Source of the DNA: an uncultured Gammaproteobacteria bacterium
GTDB lineage: Bacteria; Patescibacteriota; Microgenomatia; JALYQM01
Reading direction: 5' to 3'
DNA length: 64,000 nt
Assembly: GCA_964525495.1 (NCBI GenBank)
Contig: CAZGHS010000001.1
Location: 10,863-74,862 of the forward strand
Under the pieces are notes generated by a model, which did no database searches, was not told the DNA's origin, and saw only the letters and a list, made by a program, of their open reading frames with translations. A program made the position numbers and the translations under genes. Below, piece after piece: positions 45,814-56,531 of the stretch. The first letter of the stretch is position 1, and each line of letters opens with the position of its first letter.

Positions 45814-48096
45814 ATGCCAAACAAAATCCATATATCATTTCGCAACAAGTTACTACTGCTGCTACTTACAATATCGGTAGTTCCTCTTCTACTCGTCGCG
45901 TATATCGTTTCAAGCACCGTACAAGATCGTTATCGAGAAACATTAGCAAAGTCATTCGAAACCAATGTTGAATACAGGGAAAAAATACTAAACTACTATC
46001 TCGAAGGAAACAAAGAGTGGATAAGAAGTATCGCAGCGCAAGATATTTTCCTCGCTGAAATGGAGAAATATAACGCAGGAGAAACATATTCAGAAAACAA
46101 AATATTTGCTTCCCTCGTATCACTCCGTCGTGAGAATCAGTTTATAGATAAAATATATATTGCCGATATTGACGGAAAAATCATTTCATCAACCACAACT
46201 GATGACAATGAAAAAATTATAGAAAATTTTAGTGAATTTAAGCATATAACACAGCGTGGCTCTTACTATCAAAAAATCAAAACCACTCCGCAAGGTAAGC
46301 GAATTGTTACACTAACCACCCCTTTTATAAAAAGAAACGATGGCGAGATTATTGGCTTATTAATAGCAGAATATAATGCCAGTGTTGTAAAGTCATTAAT
46401 CGACGGAAGTCTCTACGAATCTCGCTCCATCAACCAAGAGAGTACCTCCTCACTCGGAAACACATTTATCATCGACGAAGATGGGTATATTCTAACCAGC
46501 ATTACCGGGACAAACATTCAAAAGACGCCTAAAACGCAACCGATCCAGCTATGTCAGTTAGGTAGCAACGCTGCCTCCGGTTACTGGATCAATAAGGAAG
46601 GCAAAGAAGTATATGGGTCATATAAATGTAATCAAATCGACAACATGAAGTTTACCTATATAGTCGAAGAGGAGTCCTCCAAAGCATTTACCATTAGCGA
46701 CAACGTGCGTAATACAATTTTCATGGTGACGTTAACGGTGGCTGTATTGTTAATCATCGCCACAATTACAACAGCAGGATCGGTGACACGACCAGTAAAA
46801 AAGCTTGCTCACGGGGCTCAAGAATTCGGTAAAGGTAACTTTACATATGCACTTGATGTAAAAACCGGTGACGAATTAGAAGAGCTAGCAGACTCATTCT
46901 CAGAAATGGCAAAACAAATCAACGGATCTATTAATAGTCTTAAACAGCAGGAAGATAAATTAAATAAAATAAACCAAGAATTGGAAACAGAAAAAGAAAC
47001 TATCTCAGCCGAGAGAAATAAGTTAGAAGTAATTATTGCAGGAATTACCGACGCAGTTATTGCGTTAGATATGAATCGCAAAATCGTAACAAGCAACAAA
47101 GCAGCCCAAGAATTAATTGGTCTGAGCGCAGATGAAATGCTTGGAAAGAATATTGCAGATCTTATTAAGCTCGAAGATGAAAGTGGCGAAGTTGTTCCAG
47201 ACACCTACAGTCCAATACGAAAAGACGATTTTGAAGGCGTAATTTACAAAAATGACGAATTAGAGCTTAAGCCTTTTAGAGCGAAAACCACCAAAGTAAA
47301 ATTAATTACTGGAAAAATCAAGGAAGCAGTCAGCGTAAACTTAGGATGCATCCTGACAATACACGACAAAAGTAAAGAAGCCGAATTAGAAGAAATGAAA
47401 TTAGACTTCGTATCGATGGCAGCACACGAGCTACGCACCCCAATCACATCGATCAGAGGATATGCAGGCCTCCTTGGGGAAGAAGTCGAAGAATTTAACG
47501 ATCCCAGAACAAACGATTGGAAGACACTAATTAGCAGAATATCGGTAAGCGCAGAACAGCTACTGGCACTCGTAGAAAATCTGTTAAACGTAACAAAAAT
47601 TGAAAAAGGAATCTTGAGTATCACCTGTAAAAATGAGAACTGGAAGGAGTGCGTACAAGAAGTATCTGAGGTATTTAAGGAACGAGCTATAAGCAAAGAA
47701 ATCAAGTTAACCGTCAAGGAAACAGACGAAGCAATCACTGCGTATGTCGATAAACTACGCATAAACGAAGTATTATCCAATCTTATATCCAACGCGATTA
47801 ACTATACACAAAACGGAGGCAATGTGACAGTCGAAGCGCATTTGTCAGCAGATGGGAACTGGATTGAAACATCAGTTGCAGATAACGGTAAAGGTATCCC
47901 AAAATCTGCTCAAGGTCACTTATTCGAAAAATTCTTCCGAGTTGCGGGTCCTCTCGAACAAGGCTCTAAAGGAAATGGTCTCGGACTATATATTTCCAAA
48001 TCGATAGTTGAGATGCATGGCGGAAAAATATGGGTTGAATCTGACGAAGGCAAAGGTGCAAAATTTACATATACTATACAAAGGGCTACAACATAA
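45814..48096 (+). CDS. sensor histidine kinase (Cache-like sensor, HAMP, PAS, HisKA, HATPase)
   Basis: Two TMs, TGDELEELA.SF, AAHELRTPIT, NLISNAINY, D.GKGI, GNGLGLYI. Confidence 0.93.
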   Translation: MPNKIHISFRNKLLLLLLTISVVPLLLVAYIVSSTVQDRYRETLAKSFETNVEYREKILNYYLEGNKEWIRSIAAQDIFLAEMEKYNAGETYSENKIFASLVSLRRENQFIDKIYIADIDGKIISSTTTDDNEKIIENFSEFKHITQRGSYYQKIKTTPQGKRIVTLTTPFIKRNDGEIIGLLIAEYNASVVKSLIDGSLYESRSINQESTSSLGNTFIIDEDGYILTSITGTNIQKTPKTQPIQLCQLGSNAASGYWINKEGKEVYGSYKCNQIDNMKFTYIVEEESSKAFTISDNVRNTIFMVTLTVAVLLIIATITTAGSVTRPVKKLAHGAQEFGKGNFTYALDVKTGDELEELADSFSEMAKQINGSINSLKQQEDKLNKINQELETEKETISAERNKLEVIIAGITDAVIALDMNRKIVTSNKAAQELIGLSADEMLGKNIADLIKLEDESGEVVPDTYSPIRKDDFEGVIYKNDELELKPFRAKTTKVKLITGKIKEAVSVNLGCILTIHDKSKEAELEEMKLDFVSMAAHELRTPITSIRGYAGLLGEEVEEFNDPRTNDWKTLISRISVSAEQLLALVENLLNVTKIEKGILSITCKNENWKECVQEVSEVFKERAISKEIKLTVKETDEAITAYVDKLRINEVLSNLISNAINYTQNGGNVTVEAHLSADGNWIETSVADNGKGIPKSAQGHLFEKFFRVAGPLEQGSKGNGLGLYISKSIVEMHGGKIWVESDEGKGAKFTYTIQRATT

Positions 48097-48099
48097 TAT

Positions 48100-49275
48100 A
48101 TGAAAAATCACAAACATCTTTTCATAACCATTATTGTTGCATCAATCGCAACTGCATCTGTGTGGCTCCTCCTCTTAAATCAAAGTACCCAAAGCGCAAA
48201 TACTGTACTGCAGAAAAAGACCATCAAAATTGGCGGGATCCTTCCACTATCTGGAGACGCTGCCTCCGGGGGCATTCCCCTACAACAAGCGGCCGAAGTC
48301 GCAGTCAAAGAAATAAACAATGCAGGAGGATTACGCGGAAAATTAATTGAAACTATATGGGAAGATGGCCACTGCGAGAAAACTAGCGCAAAAATTGCTG
48401 CCGAAAAATTGTTGAATCAAAACGATATAGATTTCCTGATTGGTGGAGCTTGCTCTGATGAATTTCTTGTCTCAGCCCCTCTTGCCCAACAAAAAAACAT
48501 ATTAAGTTTTACCCCATCAGCTACTAGTCCTCAAATAAGTTTGCTCGGTGAAAATATTTTTAGAACAACTCCTTCAGATAGCTTAGCGGGCAAAGCTGCA
48601 GCACAATATGGCTACACAAAATTAAAATCCCGCAGAGTCGCTCTCATTAGCGAAGACAAAGATTTCACCACCAATCTAAAAGAAGAATTCAGAAAAGAAT
48701 ATCTGAAATTAGGCGGTGCTGTGGTATATGAAATAGTTTTCAAAACCGGAACTAATGAGTTTGACACAATAGCAAATGCAGTAAAAGCAGCTAAGCCAGA
48801 TCTCATATACCTCGTGCCACAAACTGAAAGTCCTGGAGTCTTAGCAATCAAATCCATAAAGCAAACATTACCGACCACAAATATTATGACGGGAGAAATA
48901 CTTTTACAAAGACAAACGGTTACAGAACAGGGTACTATCCTTGAAGGCATCACTGGAATTGAATTATATTACGACGAGACAAACCCAAAAACAAAACATC
49001 TACTCGATACATACAAATCGGAGTATGGCGTCGCCGCTCCCTATCCAGCTTATATGACTGGCATGTATGATATTTTTTATCTTATAAAAGAAGCCTACGT
49101 AAAAACCGATGGATCAACAGAAAAAATGGCAGAATATCTTCACCAATTAAATAACTGGCCTGGTGCTGTGGGAGAGTTATCCTTCGACAAAAATGGTGAT
49201 CCTGTACTTAACTACAGTATTAGAAAAGTAAAGAATAAGCAGACTGAATTAATAGAGATATACCGTCCTCAATAA
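48100..49275 (+). CDS. LivJ/LivK-like substrate-binding protein
   Basis: IGGILPLSGDAA, INNAGG.RG, IFRT.PSD, G.LSFD.NGD; paralog of 44494. Confidence 0.88.
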   Translation: MKNHKHLFITIIVASIATASVWLLLLNQSTQSANTVLQKKTIKIGGILPLSGDAASGGIPLQQAAEVAVKEINNAGGLRGKLIETIWEDGHCEKTSAKIAAEKLLNQNDIDFLIGGACSDEFLVSAPLAQQKNILSFTPSATSPQISLLGENIFRTTPSDSLAGKAAAQYGYTKLKSRRVALISEDKDFTTNLKEEFRKEYLKLGGAVVYEIVFKTGTNEFDTIANAVKAAKPDLIYLVPQTESPGVLAIKSIKQTLPTTNIMTGEILLQRQTVTEQGTILEGITGIELYYDETNPKTKHLLDTYKSEYGVAAPYPAYMTGMYDIFYLIKEAYVKTDGSTEKMAEYLHQLNNWPGAVGELSFDKNGDPVLNYSIRKVKNKQTELIEIYRPQ

Positions 49276-50364
49276 CTATTTAAGTATATCAATACTACTT
49301 TGCTTCATCGAGTCTAAGATTTTTGTAGATTCGACTCCCTGTGCCAAACGCACTTGTCCATACTTTTCAATAATAATTGGAACATAAGCTACGTCGACAA
49401 GCTTTTTGTTATTAAAAACATACTTCCCTATTACACCTTCTTTTGTTTCCCGTGACCACTCCTGGTCAAATATAAAATTGCCATGCGCATACGCAATAAA
49501 CCCTTGCTTATATTGTTCAACACTTTGAACCCAATGGGGGTGATTTCCCATAACAAAATCAGCGCCATTATCAACAAAAAAATGCCCAAGATCAATCGGA
49601 TCATCCGGTGCTATCCCTGCAGCTCGCTGCGGAAAATAAGTATACTCTTTCCCCCAATGAACTGAGACAACGACAACATCAACCATTTTCTTCAGCGCGT
49701 TTAGTTTCTCAGCAACAAGAGGCTTATTCACTTGTGGTCCAACGGCATTTATAGCAAAAATACCCAAGCGCATATCGTTAACTGTCGTAATCAGCGGTTC
49801 GTCAAATGTAACACTCTCAATATTCGCATCCAATAAATGAGAAATCGTTTCTTTCTTCCCCTGTAACCCATGATTCAAAATATGGTTGTTCTCTAAAGTA
49901 GCAATTGATATACCAGCGTCACTCATAGCCTGTGCAAACAATGGCTGCCCACAAAACACCATTCCTTCAGTATGATGAGGGCAACTAGCTATTAACGGAG
50001 CTTCTAAATTAGTAATAGTAATATCACCTGAGGAGAAGAGTCCGGGAATATGCTCGAAGGGAAAGTTTACACCAAGTCGTCGAATTTTATTATCCGTTAC
50101 GCGCGCAGGAATAATATCCCCGGTTGCCATAATTACGCTTGAGTGAGGGTCATCTAGCACTTCGGAATCTGAAAAAATCGACTCAATAGTTAGTGGTTCA
50201 AAAGACACAGCTAACGGTGTCGCGACTGCTGCATCAACTTTCTCCACAACAAGCGGCTCTCCAGCATTATAGAATGGAGTGGGCGAAAGTGCTCGAAATA
50301 AAGCAACTCCGCCAATTAAAGTGAAGGCAAGTCCACTAAAAAAAATAAGAATTTTTTTTATCAC
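49276..50364 (-). CDS. CapA (PGA_cap) family metallophosphatase
   Basis: GDI, NLE, NNH, HWG.EY, GNHPH, GNFIFDQ. Confidence 0.9.
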   Translation of the reverse strand: MIKKILIFFSGLAFTLIGGVALFRALSPTPFYNAGEPLVVEKVDAAVATPLAVSFEPLTIESIFSDSEVLDDPHSSVIMATGDIIPARVTDNKIRRLGVNFPFEHIPGLFSSGDITITNLEAPLIASCPHHTEGMVFCGQPLFAQAMSDAGISIATLENNHILNHGLQGKKETISHLLDANIESVTFDEPLITTVNDMRLGIFAINAVGPQVNKPLVAEKLNALKKMVDVVVVSVHWGKEYTYFPQRAAGIAPDDPIDLGHFFVDNGADFVMGNHPHWVQSVEQYKQGFIAYAHGNFIFDQEWSRETKEGVIGKYVFNNKKLVDVAYVPIIIEKYGQVRLAQGVESTKILDSMKQSSIDILK

Positions 50365-50367
50365 AAG

Positions 50368-50838
50368 TTATTTTTGAATAATAACGGGCGCTATGAATAA
50401 ATCTTTAGTAACTTCAACAAAACTTGGATTAATAGGAATTAAGTCAGCATCTTGTAACGTACTCTCAGCATTCGACTCTAAATATGCAACCTCAGCATCA
50501 GAGTAATTGGAAGGAGAAGCAACTCGAATTTGATACTTGCCGGCAGGTACACTTTCAATAACTGCCGTACCAATATCGTTGACCAAAGCACTTCGAACAA
50601 AATCGTCTTCAAAATTTGCGAGTTCGATTCGTAGATTCCGCTCACCACTTCCTAAAATTCCATATTTCTCTGGAAAATATGGAAGAGCTTTAGCTACTTT
50701 TATCTCTACCCTATATGCAGATTTAAATTGAGCTTCTTGAAAAAGTGCCGCAGAAAGATTTCGCATGCCAAGATATATTTCCGGCAAATACCACACAAAA
50801 GCTATCGCTAAAATAAATGGAAAAACTCTCCTCAACAT
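50368..50838 (-). CDS. hypothetical membrane-anchored beta-sandwich protein
   Basis: N-terminal TM; G.A..E.VPAG.Y.I prealbumin-like pattern. Confidence 0.6.
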   Translation of the reverse strand: MLRRVFPFILAIAFVWYLPEIYLGMRNLSAALFQEAQFKSAYRVEIKVAKALPYFPEKYGILGSGERNLRIELANFEDDFVRSALVNDIGTAVIESVPAGKYQIRVASPSNYSDAEVAYLESNAESTLQDADLIPINPSFVEVTKDLFIAPVIIQK

Positions 50839-50852
50839 AACGTACTTTAAGA

Positions 50853-51944
50853 CTACCGATTAGCAACAGCTTCGTCAACTATGGATTTAATCCGTAAGTT
50901 AAATTTGGAGCGAGAAAAGTCTGATGCACGTAACCGACATGCCTCAGGATTAAATTTCATCGTACTAAAACGCTGTAAAGCCCCTACTACAGCATCAACT
51001 GTCTGCTGTTCAAAGAAAATACCCGTTTGTCCATCCACTACAGATTCACAAACACCACCCTTGGCATAAGCAATAACTGGTTTTCCCCACGCCATCACTT
51101 CAAGAGGCGCTAACCCAAAATCTTCAAAACCTGGAAAAATAAGGCCTTTAGACTGAGCAATCAGAAGATTTCTCTTCGTATCATCAACGTACCCAACAAA
51201 CGTAATAGTTTCCCCTGCAATACTTTCCAAATATGACCGTTCGCTACCTTCACCCACAATTACTAACTTTACTTTCAATTCATTACAAGCACGAACAGCT
51301 AAATCTACTCGTTTAGATCGTACAAGTCGAGATAAACATATAAAATAATCACTACTGCTCGAATACACCTTGGCAAACTCTTTCTGTTCGGGGACATCAA
51401 CAAACGAATAAATTACAGTTGCTTTTCGCTTATAATAACTCGCCATGCGATCTGCAGTAGTATGTGAATTAGTAAGTAATCGATCAATACGCTGTACTGC
51501 AATATATTCATGGTTCCGCAAAAAAGATTTTTGGAACATACTCACTAATGAACTCTTTATAGATCTCTTCTGCTCATCTAGAAATCCATAGAGTGTTTGC
51601 GCAGGAGTATGCATATAGCTGATATGAACAACCTGAGGAGGACAAATCACAAACTTGGAGAAAATAACGTCCGAGGTGATTACAACATCGTACGATGACA
51701 AATCGAGCCGTTCCATCACCGACACCAGGTACGGCGCATAAATTTGAGGGTATACATCAATTTTTGGCAAAGATGATGCGACACTGGTTATCCGTAACCC
51801 TTTCCAATGCGCAGGAAATTTCGTGTGGTCATACGTCAAAGTATAAATATCCACTTGGTTATCAAAACATAACGCCAATGCTTCCAAAAAACGTTCTGCA
51901 CCACCATATTGAGTCAAAAAATCATGAACGAGCGCTATCTTCAT
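50853..51944 (-). CDS. glycosyltransferase family 4
   Basis: MKIALVHD.L.QYGGAER, SRL...KR, EDFGLAPLE. Confidence 0.92.
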   Translation of the reverse strand: MKIALVHDFLTQYGGAERFLEALALCFDNQVDIYTLTYDHTKFPAHWKGLRITSVASSLPKIDVYPQIYAPYLVSVMERLDLSSYDVVITSDVIFSKFVICPPQVVHISYMHTPAQTLYGFLDEQKRSIKSSLVSMFQKSFLRNHEYIAVQRIDRLLTNSHTTADRMASYYKRKATVIYSFVDVPEQKEFAKVYSSSSDYFICLSRLVRSKRVDLAVRACNELKVKLVIVGEGSERSYLESIAGETITFVGYVDDTKRNLLIAQSKGLIFPGFEDFGLAPLEVMAWGKPVIAYAKGGVCESVVDGQTGIFFEQQTVDAVVGALQRFSTMKFNPEACRLRASDFSRSKFNLRIKSIVDEAVANR

Positions 51945-52755
51945 AAACAATCTCTTTAATCGCAGTAATATGAATACCTGCGCCAGGCAAAAACCAAAAT
52001 AATCGTGATTCCCAGAACCAAATCCACGATATACTATTTTTTATCCAACGTAAAACGAAAACTCCACTGCGTGAACCCTCCGCATCCAAAGATCCTTCCA
52101 AAGAGTTTTCAATTTTTTTCCCAGATAAACTGAGCAATAGGTAGTAAAAAAGGTCACCAATCTGATTAAGCAAGTGACAACTCCATCGTACTTCAATTAT
52201 CCGCAGTCCAGCATCCTGACACATAATTTCAACTGCATTACGCGTTAGTTTTTGTATATGCCCGGCTGTCTTTTCTTTTAAATTAACCCCCACAGCATTT
52301 AACAATCCATGCAGACTAAATATCTCCCCTTCACAAGGCACATATGCATGAAATAGTCCACCATTATCCAACACGCGAACAGATTCTTTAATACATGTAG
52401 CCGGATCCACAACATGCTCCAATACATCGAAAAAACACACAACAGAAAAAACAGAAGAATTATACGGCAGAGATTCTGCCGGTCCTTCGACTAAATGCAA
52501 TTGAGGAAAATGTTCTGAACCATATCGAATAGCAGCTCGCCCAATGTCAACTCCATACAGTTCAAGTTCGGGAGAATATCTCTGTATTCCAAGCAGATTT
52601 CCACCTGCACCGCAACCAATTTCCAACAGCTTTCCTATACGATTCTTAAGATGAGGAATAAAATAAAAAAACCGCAATCCTGCTAAACAGAAGGGAGATA
52701 TCTCAGGGATAACGGTACCCCACACTTTAGTTTCATAGTCAAATTGATAACTCAC
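51922..52755 (-). CDS. class I SAM-dependent methyltransferase
   Basis: LEIGCGAG, DVLEHV.DP. Confidence 0.88.
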   Translation of the reverse strand: MSYQFDYETKVWGTVIPEISPFCLAGLRFFYFIPHLKNRIGKLLEIGCGAGGNLLGIQRYSPELELYGVDIGRAAIRYGSEHFPQLHLVEGPAESLPYNSSVFSVVCFFDVLEHVVDPATCIKESVRVLDNGGLFHAYVPCEGEIFSLHGLLNAVGVNLKEKTAGHIQKLTRNAVEIMCQDAGLRIIEVRWSCHLLNQIGDLFYYLLLSLSGKKIENSLEGSLDAEGSRSGVFVLRWIKNSISWIWFWESRLFWFLPGAGIHITAIKEIVYEDSARS

Positions 52756-53285
52756 AATTCGTAGAACTCCAAACTCAGTTCTTTTAATTTTTCAACGTCG
52801 TCGTATTTATGGTCATTACCTGGAATCTCGTGAAGTCGGTAATCAATAACGTTCTTTGAAATAAGAAGTTCGTCTAAATCTTTAGCAGACATTGCCGGAT
52901 CTGACTCCTGCTGAATAAAAAGCGTCGGAACGTGATAATTAGTTAACCAATTATCAATATCATAACCCCGTTCCTTCCCCCACAGTACTGGAGTACCAAC
53001 AAAAATGCACACTTCTGGATCCAACACACCTTCAAAAATTCCATACAGAGTAAGTAAAACTCCAGCAGATTTTGCAAATATAACGTACTTATCAAACTCT
53101 TGAACAGTAGCGGTAAGCTTCAACAATTCAGCGTCCAAATCAATCTCAGACTCCTCATCTCCGTTCCACCAATGATCATAGTAAAGAACTGCTGTATGAG
53201 GAAAAATACCTTGAAAGGCTCCATCTACACGGTCCACCCACACTTTATCTGACTTACTGTTTCCTGGCAACAAAATTAGGTTCAT
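52752..53285 (-). CDS. small alpha/beta hydrolase
   Basis: LPGN, AKSAG nucleophile elbow, SDP, GNDH. Confidence 0.75.
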   Translation of the reverse strand: MNLILLPGNSKSDKVWVDRVDGAFQGIFPHTAVLYYDHWWNGDEESEIDLDAELLKLTATVQEFDKYVIFAKSAGVLLTLYGIFEGVLDPEVCIFVGTPVLWGKERGYDIDNWLTNYHVPTLFIQQESDPAMSAKDLDELLISKNVIDYRLHEIPGNDHKYDDVEKLKELSLEFYEL

Positions 53286-53347
53286 ATCTCACCATTATAC
53301 CCTATCAACACCTTCCTATTTAGTACCCAACTCGATATACTCTACCC

Positions 53348-54997
53348 ATGACACAACATGCTGATCAAGGCGGTTATTATGAAGACGATGATGTTAAAGA
53401 AGAAAAGCATCTCCAGCACGACGTCGAACCAAAATCCCAGCGTGTAACAACAATCATCACTCTCGTAGTTCTTATAGTAATTGCCCTCACTGCACGATTA
53501 ATATACCTCTTTCTCGTAGCCAATCCTGACAATCCAGGAGCTGGTTGGTTTGGAGACTCCTATCACCATTGGCAAATAGGATATCTCACAAAAGAAATTG
53601 GACTAAGCCAAGGATTTCTGCGCGTCTGGGATTTAAAAGGTATGGACCTCTTTTGGGGAGCACTCCATCCACTTACACTTGCATTCGCCTTTAGCATTAC
53701 CGGTAACGATTCAATGGCATTAGCACGCGCTATCACTTGTATCGCCGGAGCTATATCAGTCGGACTAATTTACCTTATTGGAAGAAAATATTGGAATAAT
53801 ACTGTTGCAATCATGGGAGCGCTCTTTGCAGCGCTGTGTTCAATTATCATTTTCAATGATGCAACTGGCATGGTTGAACCTCTTGGTATCCCCTTCCTAC
53901 TTGCCGGAGTATATTTTTGGCCTCGTAAGTCACTACTATCTGGCTTGTGCTTCGGCATTGCACTCACGACTCGCTCAGAATATTGGATGTACAGCATCGG
54001 TTTAATTTTCGTCTATACGATATGGGATCGCATGGCGCACATGGATAAAAAAGTACTTTTGTGGCTTGGATTGTTCATAATTCTCGTTCCATATATGAAA
54101 TATCTACTGGATTATACCGGCAATCCTGTATACCCTTTTTATCAAAACTTTTTCAAAAACATAGCAGGCGAATGGCAATATAAAAAAGTACTAGAACCCG
54201 CAGATCTTCAAGGCCAGCTTACGTTTAGAATCATATTAGCTATCACCACACTAGCCACTGTCATAACACTCTGGAAGAGGCCGCGCGGATGGCAATTCCA
54301 CCTGCTCGGTCAAGGAAACTGGCTCTTCTTAGGATTAACATTTGGTGTATCAAACTATATTAAGAGCTGGGCAGATTATGTCTGGGTAGTCAGATTTATG
54401 CTCTTCCCCTATACCTATCTCGGAGTCGTAATAGCAATTGCACTTTTCTATACGTTCCGGGAAAGGCTCTCAGGAGGACTTAAATCTACATATACAGTCG
54501 TAGCTGCCGCCACTTTCATACTTTTCATAGGAACTACTCATCTCGCATGGCAAGAGATAAATAAATATTATGAACCAACCAACAAAACATGGAGTTATGT
54601 ACAAGAAGTAGCCACAAAGATGAGTACGGGGTACAAAGGAGGAAAAATCCTTTTACCAGAAGGTAATCCAGACTTAACGTATGCCTTAGTTACATTCCAT
54701 GGAGTGGAAGGCAAAGACATGCTAAGCCAAATGTACGATCCGATCGGATATGCCAGCCAAAATGGCCTAAACGCTGTCGAAAACTGGAACAATGTCGACC
54801 CATTTAGTAAAGAAGGCTTAACCTTTAAGGAAGAAGTTCGTGACTATCTCAAAACCAATAAAGTGCAATACATTATCACTTATGGGAGCTTCCCTCGATA
54901 TAATGTATTAGTGGAAACCGAACCAACGTGGTTCAGCGTTGCAGTTCCACTCTCAGAAAACTTTATTGCTCTCCATGTGAATCAAGACAATCTTTAG
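53348..54997 (+). CDS. GT-C fold glycosyltransferase (PMT/ArnT-like)
   Basis: First-loop GDSYHH, ~11 TMs, EP and TRSE motifs, YTGNPVYP. Confidence 0.75.
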   Translation: MTQHADQGGYYEDDDVKEEKHLQHDVEPKSQRVTTIITLVVLIVIALTARLIYLFLVANPDNPGAGWFGDSYHHWQIGYLTKEIGLSQGFLRVWDLKGMDLFWGALHPLTLAFAFSITGNDSMALARAITCIAGAISVGLIYLIGRKYWNNTVAIMGALFAALCSIIIFNDATGMVEPLGIPFLLAGVYFWPRKSLLSGLCFGIALTTRSEYWMYSIGLIFVYTIWDRMAHMDKKVLLWLGLFIILVPYMKYLLDYTGNPVYPFYQNFFKNIAGEWQYKKVLEPADLQGQLTFRIILAITTLATVITLWKRPRGWQFHLLGQGNWLFLGLTFGVSNYIKSWADYVWVVRFMLFPYTYLGVVIAIALFYTFRERLSGGLKSTYTVVAAATFILFIGTTHLAWQEINKYYEPTNKTWSYVQEVATKMSTGYKGGKILLPEGNPDLTYALVTFHGVEGKDMLSQMYDPIGYASQNGLNAVENWNNVDPFSKEGLTFKEEVRDYLKTNKVQYIITYGSFPRYNVLVETEPTWFSVAVPLSENFIALHVNQDNL

Positions 54998-56504
54998 AAA
55001 CATAATAAATATAGACAGTATCTTGATACGCTAAACTTTTTTCAAATACTTTTCGTAATTCAAAACAACTTGGATTATCCAACCGATAGTTCAATAACAT
55101 AACGCCTTCGCCGCCAAGGTGCGCTAAAGAGCGCCTAACCACCTCGCTTTGATCAATTGCCTGCCGATCCGTGTTCATAACCACATAAGTACCTACAGTG
55201 TCACTACGAGGATAATATAAATGCCTATTTAAATATATTGCGATAGGAGTCATCGCATAGTCAAAATCCACACTGATAGGCAGTCTGTCGAGTTGCGAAG
55301 TCTTTAAATAATCTGAGACATCCTTACTCGTCATGAATGGTTCATTAAAATCTGCATAGTACGCATAGATTCCACAGACAAAATGTACCGAAAGCAACAC
55401 AGTAAAAAACGGCGGGAATATTCGATTTACTGCCTTATACATTTTTTCAGATCGAACAGACAAACCATCTTCTCTCTCGGGATAAAAACTTCTTAGCCAC
55501 ACGATACATATAAAAAGAATAAAAAAGAAGCCATAATGACGGACCGCTCCATAGTAAGTGGTATAAAATAACAAAAACAACACACTCGCCGCACCCAAAT
55601 ATAACCCTAGTAACACTCGCCTCTTAACAAGCAAAAGACACGAATACAAAATAAACAAGCCAACTAATCCAATCGCAATACCAATCGAAACATACTGCGT
55701 AGTCGAAAGTGATTCAGTGTTCTGAACCGGCATAACAATATTTGTATTCCAAAAATGAAGTCCGAAGTGAGGAATTGGTATCATCCCACGCCAAACCATC
55801 AAACTAGATAGAGCCACCCTCTGTAAATCAAAGTGGGTATACGAATCCAAGGTATAACTACGATCAACGGGCGGCAATAATTTAAGCAGCGCAGTACCAC
55901 TCAAGGATACAAAACAGAATAAAGAGATCACTAATATTCGCCAATCAACTTTTTTGCGATATATCCATATATATTCACCAAACAAAAAACAACCCAAAAC
56001 AAGCGAAAAAAGAAATCCAACTGGCGAAGTCTGCCCTAACAATCCCACAATCAAAGCAGTGAGATATAATCGTCGAAACCGTTGCGCATACCAAGCACAA
56101 TATATAAAGAGAAGCAAAACAGTCAAACCATAGTTCCGGCTTATAACGGCATATTCAAAAAAAACAAAGTAACCAAAAATAAATAAAATCTTATCGAGCA
56201 ATCGAAAAGGTGCATATCGACAAAAAACTACAATTCCAATCAAAGCAATGGCTATATGAGCCAGTTGCATATAGTAAAAATTGTCAGTAATCCGAGTTAC
56301 TCCAAACAGGATCGAATACCACATCATAGGGTGCGCTTCATATGTTAGATTCTGATAAAGGTTGACCAACGAGCTGCTATCTCGCGCAAAAAGCCAGCCA
56401 TGCGCTTCTTCATACCACAATTCATGTCGAGGCAATAGCAAAACAAGAAGAAAAAACCAAATACCTACAATGATATAAACAAAATATTTTCTAAAATTAC
56501 CCAT
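54963..56504 (-). CDS. GT-C-like polytopic membrane protein
   Basis: HELWYEEA.GW..A, YEAHP..WY, EYAVISRNY. Confidence 0.7.
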   Translation of the reverse strand: MGNFRKYFVYIIVGIWFFLLVLLLPRHELWYEEAHGWLFARDSSSLVNLYQNLTYEAHPMMWYSILFGVTRITDNFYYMQLAHIAIALIGIVVFCRYAPFRLLDKILFIFGYFVFFEYAVISRNYGLTVLLLFIYCAWYAQRFRRLYLTALIVGLLGQTSPVGFLFSLVLGCFLFGEYIWIYRKKVDWRILVISLFCFVSLSGTALLKLLPPVDRSYTLDSYTHFDLQRVALSSLMVWRGMIPIPHFGLHFWNTNIVMPVQNTESLSTTQYVSIGIAIGLVGLFILYSCLLLVKRRVLLGLYLGAASVLFLLFYTTYYGAVRHYGFFFILFICIVWLRSFYPEREDGLSVRSEKMYKAVNRIFPPFFTVLLSVHFVCGIYAYYADFNEPFMTSKDVSDYLKTSQLDRLPISVDFDYAMTPIAIYLNRHLYYPRSDTVGTYVVMNTDRQAIDQSEVVRRSLAHLGGEGVMLLNYRLDNPSCFELRKVFEKSLAYQDTVYIYYVSKDCLDSHGEQ

Positions 56505-56531
56505 ATAAACTATGCTAGAATACTATTCTAG

